A stretch of 63,958 nt of DNA, counting the filler, from Octopus bimaculoides (taxonomy: Eukaryota), in assembly GCF_001194135.2 (NCBI RefSeq). It is 7 parts of 6 records of this genome, joined end to end, with 100 filler letters (N's around TTAATTAATTAA, not from the genome) between each part and the next. Parts side by side here need not be neighbours in the genome. Positions count along the whole stretch, not along the records: positions 28,110 to 50,646 come from NC_068995.1; 6 more parts are not named here. The stretch is one strand, 5' to 3'. Made by a program: the position numbers and the translations under genes. The notes beneath the pieces were generated by a model. It did not search any database. It saw nothing but the letters and a program-made list of their open reading frames with translations, and was not told where the DNA came from. Of the stretch, positions 38,689 to 50,418 are shown one piece after another; position 1 is the first letter of the stretch; every line of letters begins with the position of its first letter.

Positions 38689-39635
38689 TATATTTATGGG
38701 GTCGTATAACCAAAGATTTGTGGTTTGTTCTACATTGGCAGCTGAGAATTATAAGATTTTGCTGGACTTTCTGTTTGAGCCGTTGAAGGGGATAAAAAAA
38801 ATGTCCCAATTCAAAAGGCAAGAGCAACACGTGTGTGTGTAATCTTCCCCAGGTGGCCCTTAATGTGAGAAAGCGAGAGAAAGAGAGAGCGAGACAGAGA
38901 GAGAATAGCGAAGAGAAAAAACATGGCGTTACACTAGAAATCCTTTGCCAAAGGAAAGTAAGAGGAATTATAATTAAGGATTAGAATGCTTGCAGCGGTC
39001 AATCTTGATTTTTTTTTTTCCGGAAAGTATCACACGAAGTTTTATCATTCCATTATTAAACCCTAATCCTTAATCTCTATTCATACTGACTTTTTTTTTC
39101 TATTCTCCTTCGTCCTTCCTCTTTCACTAGTTTTTATTTTCGCATAATAGTTCTCTCGTTATAAACCGCTCTCGAGTTTCAGTATAATAGCTGCGATTCA
39201 ACCCAACGATATATGGATGGTTTAGCGCTTAATCCAAGAATTCTGCACTTAATTGGTTTCAAGTATAGCATTGATTTTGACCAGGAGTATCAAATCATAG
39301 ATCTCTTCAGTTTGGCTCACAGATTTTATAATTATTTTTTTAAAAACTAAGCAGCTTAAAACTTCGTATACTGATGTAATTTCTAACGCTGAACACGGTT
39401 TACTTTCAACATTTTTGACAAAATTTCGTATTTTAGACGTTATTTCGTGTTAAAGTTGTCGTATTTCGGTAATTTTAACTAATCAACGACGGGTTTTGAC
39501 CCGATTCTATATTAGAAGACACTTGCCCAAGATGCCACGCAGTGGAACTGAGCCCAGAACCATGTGGTTCTTACCACACAACCACACCATATATGTACAC
39601 ACAAACACACACACACACACACATANNNNNNNNNN

Positions 39636-39671
<36 letters not shown>

Positions 39672-40394
39672 AATAGACATAAATATATACATATATATAC
39701 GTGTGTGTATGTATGTACATATGCCTATATATGTATACACACACATATATGTATATATGCATGTATGTATGTGTGTGTGTTCATGCGTGTGTGTGTATGC
39801 ACGCAACAGTAAACATATACGCACTCACACTCACTTGTCTTTGATCTGGAATCATTATTTCGAGTAAGAAACTCTAGTTTTGCGCCCGACACACGCTGAC
39901 TAAATAGAAAGCACTCCCTAACTCCAACACCTCCCACATCTCTCAACTCTCCTACTTCCTCTAATTATACTATAATACTTGACCAAAGATATCTCTCTCG
40001 CCTTCAACTCCCTCTTTCTGTTTCTCTCCCTCCCCCTCTCTCTCTCTTTCATCTCGTAGCTATTTGTATTTTTATGTTGCTTGTTTTGGGAAATACCAGA
40101 TCCCACCACGAACACTCCTACCCGAGCTATCACTAACAACAAGGTCCGCTTGATCAAGGTCGACCCGGAAGCAGGGTCATCTTAGCAGCCATATAGGCGG
40201 TCCGGGGCAAACCAATGCACTGGGCCCTACAGTGAGTATTTATTGACAGCGAACCATAACACACATGGATCAGAATTGGGTCACTACATCTGTGCGGCCC
40301 CTGGGCATCTGCTCAGGGTGCACATCCCTTAAAACGACCCCACCTGGATGCTAAAGAATTTGCTCGTCAGTCGTTGTTGACAATGACTAAAGGG

Positions 40395-40730
40395 GAGAAG
40401 AAGACGGGGGTACGGTGCGTCCGGCTGTGGTCAAGCAGTCTGATGCACGCTCGGAAGGCGCTGCTGCATGTTGAGAATTGATGACCCGTGGCTTTACGTC
40501 AAACATCGGCTGTCAATTGTAGGACGGATCCGGCTATCAAGTGGATCCATCGCCAATATCGCCTCGCCGCTTTCTTTTAACAGGCAGTTTTCATATGCCT
40601 GGTGGTTATGGCGAAAGAGCTTACGTGGTGGATGAGATTGAAGAGTCTGAAGACAGACACTTTCCTCTTTGACCAAACCCTCATCAACTTTAAATTTCAC
40701 TTGAAGAGAAAAATAAGGACGAAGAGGGTG
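40395..40730 (+). mobile_element. 3' fragment of an L1/Tx1-like LINE ORF2
   Basis: GC-rich and frameshifted: C..CGQ...DPWLYV..RLSIVGRIRLSSGSIANI...AVFICLVVMAKELTWW.RLKSLKTDTFL.DQTLINFKFHLKRKIR, resembling the zinc-finger/C-terminal region of Tx1-type ORF2. Confidence 0.55.
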
Positions 40731-40893
40731 TTTACATCCTCGTAACTTAGCGGTTCGGCAAAACAGACCGATAGAATAAGTACTAAGCTTCCAAAGAATA
40801 AGTCCTGAAGTCGATTTGCTCGACTAAAGGCGGTGCTCCAGCATGGCCTCAGTCAAATGACTGAAACAGGTAAAAGAGTGAAAGAGTAAAGAG
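40727..40893 (+). mobile_element. SINE family S1, 3' half
   Basis: GTAACTTAGCGGTTCGGCAAA...CTAAAGGCGGTGCTCCAGCATGG...TAAAAGAG tail. Confidence 0.85.
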
Positions 40894-40902
40894 TATAGCA
40901 TT

Positions 40903-40983
40903 GTAGTCGCGGGTGGGTCCCCTTGTAGTTGCGGGTGGGTCCCCTTGTAGTTGCGGGTGGGTCCCCTTGTAGTTGCGGGTGGG
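40903..40983. repeat. 22-bp GC-rich minisatellite (GTTGCGGGTGGGTCCCCTTGTA)n running into a 728-N gap
   Basis: About 3.7 near-perfect units visible before the gap. Confidence 0.9.
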
Positions 40984-43779
40984 NNNNNNNNNNNNNNNNN
41001 NNNNNNNNNNNNNNNNNNNNNNNNNNNNNNNNNNNNNNNNNNNNNNNNNNNNNNNNNNNNNNNNNNNNNNNNNNNNNNNNNNNNNNNNNNNNNNNNNNNN
41101 NNNNNNNNNNNNNNNNNNNNNNNNNNNNNNNNNNNNNNNNNNNNNNNNNNNNNNNNNNNNNNNNNNNNNNNNNNNNNNNNNNNNNNNNNNNNNNNNNNNN
41201 NNNNNNNNNNNNNNNNNNNNNNNNNNNNNNNNNNNNNNNNNNNNNNNNNNNNNNNNNNNNNNNNNNNNNNNNNNNNNNNNNNNNNNNNNNNNNNNNNNNN
41301 NNNNNNNNNNNNNNNNNNNNNNNNNNNNNNNNNNNNNNNNNNNNNNNNNNNNNNNNNNNNNNNNNNNNNNNNNNNNNNNNNNNNNNNNNNNNNNNNNNNN
41401 NNNNNNNNNNNNNNNNNNNNNNNNNNNNNNNNNNNNNNNNNNNNNNNNNNNNNNNNNNNNNNNNNNNNNNNNNNNNNNNNNNNNNNNNNNNNNNNNNNNN
41501 NNNNNNNNNNNNNNNNNNNNNNNNNNNNNNNNNNNNNNNNNNNNNNNNNNNNNNNNNNNNNNNNNNNNNNNNNNNNNNNNNNNNNNNNNNNNNNNNNNNN
41601 NNNNNNNNNNNNNNNNNNNNNNNNNNNNNNNNNNNNNNNNNNNNNNNNNNNNNNNNNNNNNNNNNNNNNNNNNNNNNNNNNNNNNNNNNNNNNNNNNNNN
41701 NNNNNNNNNNNCTGGAGCAACGTGAAATAAAGTGTCTTGCTCAGAGACACTTTGCGCTGCCGGGAATCGAACTCAGCCCCACGATCGTAAACCGAATATT
41801 CTAATCACTAAGTGATGCTTCTTCTCTTCATATTTCTTTCTGATTTTTCTTCCATGTGATATGTTTTCGTGGTCAAATTTGTTGCGGTTTTCTTTATCAA
41901 AATTGTGATGTTTTTCCTGCCAAAATTGTAAGTTTTCTGACCCAAGGCATTACTTTCCCGGACCTAACTATAAATGTTTTTCTGACAAAATTATGAGTTC
42001 CCCTGACACAATTTTAATTTTACCTGTTAAATTCTGACGTTTGCCTAGCCAAAAGTATGACCTTTATCCACCTGAATTTGTGACTTTATTTCAGTTGACC
42101 ATTTGGTTAATACAAAGCAGTTGTGTACAAAGGAAAGATTAGACCAGTCAAGGATTATGTCACTCCTATTGTGGATCTTCCCGCCCAGATCTCTTCACAT
42201 TAGACCACACTACCGCACCATCAGCACCGCTACCACCACCACCACCATTACAACACATAAACTCGTTCTAGTATACCCTCAGTACCACCACCACTACCAC
42301 AACCCACAGAACACGTCTCTCGTCGACAGAGCTTTACCACCATCTAACATCACCTCAGTCCCCACTTCTTTTATCTAGCCATGACCACCACCACTACTAC
42401 TACAACTACTATAACTACTAATACCCACACTACCCTATTTCACTTAATGCTACACCGCCACCACTACATGTACCAACATCAACACCATCGCCACCACCAC
42501 CGACGACCACGACCATCTCCACCATCACCCCATGCCTTCATCCAACCATGAACTATTAATTTATTTCAGCTGTTGTTTGAACCGTCAACGTTGAGATGTG
42601 TTTATTTTTGTGATGACCTCAAAAACGCTTGCCAGGTCAAAGGGCAAATTAGTACATTTGACATTACACTAACTGTCTTTACTCTTCTCAATTTCTTGGT
42701 CCCCTCCACCACTCTGTTATTCTCTGGATATATATGTATATATATATATATATATATANNNNNNNNNNNNNNNNNNNNNNNNNNNNNNNNNNNNNNNNNN
42801 NNNNNNNNNNNNNNNNNNNNNNNNNNNNNNNNNNNNNNNNNNNNNNNNNNNNNNNNNNNNNNNNNNNNNNNNNNNNNNNNNNNNNNNNNNNNNNNNNNNN
42901 NNNNNNNNNNNNNNNNNNNNNNNNNNNNNNNNNNNNNNNNNNNNNNNNNNNNNNNNNNNNNNNNNNNNNNNNNNNNNNNNNNNNNNNNNNNNNNNNNNNN
43001 NNNNNNNNNNNNNNNNNNNNNNNNNNNNNNNNNNNNNNNNNNNNNNNNNNNNNNNNNNNNNNNNNNNNNNNNNNNNNNNNNNNNNNNNNNNNNNNNNNNN
43101 NNNNNNNNNNNNNNNNNNNNNNNNNNNNNNNNNNNNNNNNNNNNNNNNNNNNNNNNNNNNNNNNNNNNNNNNNNNNNNNNNNNNNNNNNNNNNNNNNNNN
43201 NNNNNNNNNNNNNNNNNNNNNNNNNNNNNNNNNNNNNNNNNNNNGGTAAAAGAAAATACTGGAGGATCAGTTAATTATGATTTTATGCATCTATGATGCT
43301 CTCTCAGATTCACACACTAATTGCAGTCCTGTTTTTCTCATCCCTGTAAAAGAACGCGGAAGGTTAGGCCTCCAACCACGCCTCCCGCGACACCCTGAAG
43401 TAAGGAACTTTTTGGCACCCCCCTCGTTTATTGTAGTATGTGCTTTATTGTCTTGTGGAGTCAATCAGTATAATGATGATGATGATAGTGATGTGTTTTG
43501 AGTGCCGATGTATGTGTGTGAGTCCGTGCGTGTATGTATGCATGTGTGTGTGTATGCCCGTGGCGTGGTAGTTATGTTAGAGTGTGCGTGTCTATTGTAT
43601 GGCATCGTGGAGGTGTAGTGCGTACGTGTGTGTGTGTGTATGTGTATGTGTTTACTGCGACATGGAAAAATAAGCCAATTGAGATCGATTGATTTTTTTT
43701 TCTTCCAAATATCCAGTCTGAGGTGACATGGCACGGTGTGTACTTGTTCTTATCTTTGACACCTTCTTCGATAACCTCC

Positions 43780-44410
43780 ACCCCGCCAACACCGCCTCCT
43801 CTACCACCACCACCACTACCACTACCAATACCACAACCAGCACCAGCACCACCACGACCATTTCTGATAACCTTCACCATGTCTAGCATCATCAGCACCG
43901 CCACCAAAACAAACACCATTGCCACCACCACTACTACTACCACCACCACCGTCACCACCACCGCTTATACTACCAGCAACTTCACCAATGGCAATACCAC
44001 CACGACTACCACCAATACCGTCACGTCTCACATTGCTACCCTCAACCCTTCTCCGCTACTATCCTCCACCCCCACCCGTTACCATAGCAACAACAGCAAG
44101 AATATTGTGTTGTGTATACTAATATAAGAATTATACGTACTAAAGCATTGCTGCTTCCATCACCACCACGATACTACCACTACTACTACCACCACCAATA
44201 CCATCACTCCCACTATTGCAACCACCACCACCATCACCATCACTACCACTATAACAACCACCACCTCCACTATCACCATCACTACTACTACCATTGTTAC
44301 TACTACCACCACCATCACCACCACCACTACCATCACTACCACTACCACCACCTCAACCGTCGCTACTACTACTACTACCATCACCATCACCATCACTACT
44401 ACTACTACTA
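43780..44410. repeat. Cryptic (ACC/ACT/ATC)n trinucleotide low-complexity tract (similar tracts at about 31100-32280 and 42200-42550)
   Basis: Direct observation; it gives the poly-T/H/Y/V ORFs. Confidence 0.9.
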
Positions 44411-47400
44411 TTGGAAAAATTGATTTGTCAGCAATTTAATTGCTGCTGTGGGGTTGAGGTGAGGTGGTGAGGGCAAAGTACGGCATTTATATAAGAGAGA
44501 TTATCTTTGATTAGAAGCCAATTGGTCTATCGATCTCGTCTACTAGGTCATAGCTATTGAACGCACGCATACACACGCACTCTCACATAATACATACATA
44601 AACAGATGCATATATGCAATTACGCACACCCACTCAATCACACACACACACGCATTTATATAGACACATATGCACACCCACACATTTATAAATATGTATG
44701 TACATATGCATATATACATACATATATATATATATATATATACATATATATACATATATATATATACACATATATAAACATATTAACGTATATCTATAAA
44801 TGAATGTGTATATATAGGTATATATACATATATATACATACATATATATATACATATATATATTAATGCATACACATGTATGGAAACAGCCATCATGCAC
44901 AATGGTCGAATCAATTTTCTTTTCTTTCTCTCTCTTTTTTTCCCCAGCTTTTAACCATTTCCGAATGTTGCTTTTACTGTATACAATTCCGATGTTGTTA
45001 AACTATTAACAGAGCTGTAGTATCAGCCATTGTCTGGCGGAAGAATATTTCTATTTCAAGATTGTCAACTTTGTGATCTTGGTTGTCAATTTCCATCGTC
45101 AATTTCTTTCAACATTTCTCTTGTGCTCTTTATACTCAGCAATTAATCTTCAAGCAAAGCTTTCTCTCCACTTTTCATGGGAATCCTTGAAAGGCGACTG
45201 AAGAAGTATATAGAATACAGAAACATCAAGATGTCCCGGAAAATAATCGTAAGCTATACATAAGCATATGTTCTCTCAATAGGTAAATTCAAGATTCGTT
45301 GTTTTCGTTTATTTATTTATCTTCTTCGTTATGGTATTCATTCGAGTCCGATGAAGACAGTTCCACAATTTCGGGCAGAACAGCCTGTACAGAGGATTTG
45401 TTTATAGTGATCAAATGTTTGTGCTATACGTTAGCGGACTCACGCCGTAAATTCGACACTGCCTCTACAAGTAAACGGTGTTCCACATGTGAGGTGTCAA
45501 AGTGATCGCAGAGTAACGCGAGATGAATACAACGCTCTATGGGGTGATCATGAGTGCAACACCCTCGTCACTAGGCATTAGGTATGGCACCAGCTGTAAT
45601 TGTGGAGCACTCTAATCAGTAAATGCTTCATCTAAACGAATTAAGATATATCTTAAGAAGTTCATGTGTATCTAAGCCCCATATTCACCGCTCGTATTTC
45701 AAGTCTCCTGAATCATTAGGGCCTCCGGCGATTAATGTTGCATATGCATTTGCACATGTACGCGCAGGCTTGAGCAAGATTCTCTGAAGTTTAGCAGTTG
45801 TGCCTGCATGCACGTCTCTCCTCTCTTATCCACGTCACCAATGTTTACAGTGGTTTTCAACCAGGGTGCATAATGGGATCCGGGGCGTCCATTTAAGATT
45901 TTAGGGATTCACGCAAGCAAGATAGTAAATTGGGGGTCTACAATAATATTTTAAGGATCTCTAAAAATATTTCGCTTGCGGTGTATGTATTGGTGTATAT
46001 TGCAAGAAACAACTAGGTTTCTTTCTCTAACGTTTTACATAGTTCAGCAAGTGAAAAGTAAAATGGGGATCTTAAAAGAAATATCTATAAAATGTTACCT
46101 CAAGATGTTATGTTTCTCGGTCAGGCATAAGTTGCATCTTCTTAATCCAGTGAAATATGTGCTTGAAGTTACAACAAATATCTAGTTTAACGGTATACTG
46201 TTAATTCCACCATCTTTTACTTTTTTAACATATTGAGACAGGAAAGTGATGTTAAATCCGTTTCGGTATCTAAATGAATGAAAGTGCTGTGCTTCTCTGG
46301 CTTTGAATGTGTTTACGGTGAACACTGTACAGTTCCTTTTGGTACCATCTACAGATATTCCTTTTGTGCTGTACACAGGCGTCTTTGTGAGACTATTGCC
46401 AGTAAGTACACAAGACATGGTTTTGCCGTGTTTAGACTCTGGTAATTGTATTAAAAAGTTTTCATTCTTATGACATTGATTTTAACTGGGTATTTGGGAA
46501 ATAAAACTATTCCTACAACAATCAAACAAAAAAGAAAGAAAGAAAGAAAGAAAAGAAACAAACAAACAAACAAAGAGAGAAGCAATCCAATCCAACTACT
46601 AGAATACAGAGAAGCGATGAGAAGAAGCCTTGAAAATATTCTAAATGGCGACTGTTTGAATAAAAAGAAAAAGAAAAACACGGCTAACAACTTCATATTT
46701 TAACTGTACTTCTATTAAATACACTTCGCTTATATTTTCCATTTAAGAACTTAACTTATTGATGATATCCTAAGAATGTCGTTTTGTTGCATCATTATTT
46801 TCGTAGTTCATTTAAATGGTATCATTTTATTTATTTCACTAATTACACGTCTAAACTGTTTTTCATACATTATGATATCGTTGTGTCATTATTTTTTTTT
46901 TTTTCAATACTGATATCATTTCATGTCTATGCTTTCTCTTTTTATGCTTTTCCTCTAATTAAAACACGTTCCAAACCAATGTGATGCGTAAGTCTTTTTA
47001 TACCTCTAACACAATTTTTGTTTTATACTTATCATATGAAAGTATTTCGCATTTTCTTTTACATATTTCAGCAAAAATTCTAACATTAAAACTCTTTTTA
47101 GCATCAATTTTTGTTTCGAAATGTATATATCTAATAGTTTTTTTATTCATCAGATGTAGTGAATGACAAAATTGATAGAGTTTTAATACTTTCGTAAGAA
47201 AAGCGGTAAGAGGAAGCCGCCATGATTATTTTATACGGTTTCTAAGACGAGAAGTACGAACGGAGTAAGTTAAACCCAGTTTGGAGACTTACTCCGAATA
47301 CTTGCAAAACAGTCGACCCCACGGTCGTCGTAACCGATGGAGTACCAGTATGATTTCGCTTCTACGGATCCCGCTTAATTTAACATTAAACCGAAACAAA

Positions 47401-49304
47401 TCAAAGGAGGAAAGGAGCCCTATAACCTTCAAATGGTAGCGAAACAAATTTGTCCGAGGAATAAATATCCAAGAATTCACCTAAATCTGGATACGTTTCG
47501 GCAAATAGCAATTCGTTATGTAAACAGGTTGTGGTGACATGAAACGTAACTTAATCCTAATCCAAAGAACTTTACCAGGTGGTGCTATTAAGTTAGGCAT
47601 AGCTTGTGCCGATATGGGCCGAAACACACGCTCACACACACACACACAGACTCACGCATATAGACATATATATATATATATATANNNNNNNNNNNNNNNN
47701 NNNNNNNNNNNNNNNNNNNNNNNNNNNNNNNNNNNNNNNNNNNNNNNNNNNNNNNNNNNNNNNNNNNNNNNNNNNNNNNNNNNNNNNNNNNNNNNNNNNN
47801 NNNNNNNNNNNNNNNNNNNNNNNNNNCATGAGCCAATTAAGTCGATAATATTTACATAACTGACACATCTGTTGAAAACCATTCATTACCACGACGATAA
47901 TGACGACCACCACCACCACCACCACCACTACCACCACCACCGCCACCGCCACTGTCATCACTACCTCCATTGCTGCCAGAGTGGAAAAAAAAAACAGTAG
48001 ACGTAGCTGACGATGGTTGTCCACAATACAGTATTTTTCATCTTTTTTAGTTCAAGTACAGAAGTACGCCGAAAAAAATACCAAAGTACACTGGAGTAGA
48101 CCGGAGTACGCCGATGTACACCGAAATGCACATTGAATATACGATGCTTATTAACCTTGTACCTATCCATGATGCCTATTCATATATAAAACCCGAGTAA
48201 GCTTCTACGGAGTTGCTCGATCTGCAGCAAATAGCTCTTAAATCACATCCTAGTGGAAACAGGAGGGAAGCTTCAGTTTTTGATGACCCTGAAAATATTA
48301 TGGCCGAAACATACGAGCAGGGTTATTCTGGACATAAAGAATAACAACAGCAAAAATATATATTTATGGTTGCTTAATCAGTTATCTTGGCAAGAAACAC
48401 GGCGAGGAAGGGAACACACACACACACACACACACACACTTAGAGGGACGGATTAAGACCCATTGAAGCCCTAGTCACTTAAATGATTTTGGTGCCCCCA
48501 TAAAAGATTACGTAATTCAAAATATAAACAATAACAAACCATAAAATAGATTTTTATTTTTCAAAACGAAACAAATCAGTAAATGTTTATTTTTATATAC
48601 TTCCCCTTTATTTATATTTGAAAAGTTTCCTCCAACTTTTTTGAATTGCAAAATCTTTGATTAAATCCTCAAAATTAATCTCAGGTAACACAAAAGCATC
48701 CCAAATATTAGTTTAGCAAATTTAAAGTGATTTCTTTTGTACCGTAAACCATTTACCATTTCTGTGGTGCCCTAATCTTCTCTTGATGTCCTAAGCATCA
48801 TGATGATGGTCATTGTGGTGATTATGGTGGGAGAAATGGTGGTGGTGATTGAGGTGGGAGGGGGAGGGGGTGACTGTGTTGTTATCTTTGTGTTGTAAAT
48901 GTTAAGAATTGGTTCTAATTTCTGGAGAAATAAACAATTCTTCATTCCATTTCTGATTGATTTCTGATTCACACTTGATTCCAGCATTGAGTTAGTTACC
49001 GGAATTATCACACAAACTAATTGCATATACACACATATACATAAAATACATTTATACATACATACATGCATACACACGTTCATGTGGGTGCGCATATATA
49101 TACATATACATATACATTATATACATATATATACATACACTGTATATATGTATGTGTGTGTGCTTACATGTGTATATATATATACCTATATGTATGAATG
49201 TATGTATATATCTTTTCTGTGCATACGCACATATACCCTGTTGGGCGTACGAGTGGACTGGTTGATTAGCAAGATGTTATATTCTCCCCTTCGCTCTTTC
49301 TTCT

Positions 49305-49345
<41 letters not shown>

Positions 49346-49489
49346 TATATATATATACACACACATATATATATATACATATAGATATATACATGTATAC
49401 ACACACACTCACACATATATGTATATATATATATGTACAAATAAATATATATATACATATGCACATTCGCACACAAATATGTCTATATG

Positions 49490-49541
<52 letters not shown>

Positions 49542-49961
49542 TACATAATGAGAGAAAGAGAGAGAAGGAAAAAGAAGAGAGAGAAGGAAAAAGAAGAGAG
49601 ACAGACAGAGAGTGAAAACCGAACCGACAGACAGATAGACAAACAGAGAGGATATATATTGCTAATCAACCATTCCATTCGCGTTGCTGAATTCTAACTA
49701 ATTATTTTTGCAATAATTATGCCATTACAGTGTGAAAAAACACCATATTTCTTGGCTGCTACACCATCGCCACTACCACAACCACAACTGTCCCCTTCTT
49801 CCTTCCTTTCTTTCTTTCTTTCTTTCCTTTTTTCTTTCTTTCTTTCTTTCTTCCTTTCTTGGATGCGTTATGCACACACATATATACACACATACAAACA
49901 TACATGCATACACACACACACACACACACACATATACATACATACTTGCATATATGTATAA

Positions 49962-50418
49962 TAGGCGCAGGAGTGTCTGTGTGGTAAGAAGCTTGCTTAC
50001 CAACCACATAGTTTCGGGTTCAGTCCCACTGTGTGACATCTTGGGCATTTGTCTTCTACTATAGCCGCGGGCCGACCAAAGCCTTGTGAGTGGATTTAGT
50101 AGACGGAAACTGAAAGAAGCCCGTCGTATATATATATATATATATATATCTGTGTGTGTGTGTGTGTCTGTGTGCACGTGTGTGTGTGTATGTCTACGTG
50201 TGTGTGTGTGTGTGTGTGTGTTTATTTGTCCCCTAACATCGCTTGACAATCGATGCTGGTGTGTTTACGTCCCCGTAACTTAGCGGGTCGGTATAAAAGA
50301 ACGATACAATAAATACTTGGCTTACTAAGAATAAGTTCTCGGATCAATCTTCTCGATTAAAGGCGGTGCCCCAGCATGGCCGCAGTCAAATGACTGAAAC
50401 AAGTAAAAGTAAAAGAAT
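49962..50418 (+). mobile_element. SINE family S1, full length
   Basis: Head GGAGTG.CTGTGTGGTAAG, internal (TA)/(TG) microsatellite, tail AAGTAAAAG. Confidence 0.88.

Noticed and set aside
40625-40699. Apparent 75-nt phase-1/1 minus-strand exon (VKFKVDEGLVKEESVCLQ…)
   Set aside because: It is the antisense of the L1/Tx1-like ORF2 fragment. It also shows that exon-like signals arise by chance here.
40903-40983. CRISPR-like array
   Set aside because: Head-to-tail units without spacers in a eukaryotic genome.
47295-47375. Apparent 81-nt minus-strand exon (GSVEAKSYWYSIGYDDRGVDCFASIR)
   Set aside because: Weak acceptor, a donor created by a palindrome, and the core GTCGTCGTAACCGATGGAGT resembles a SINE tail as I recall it.
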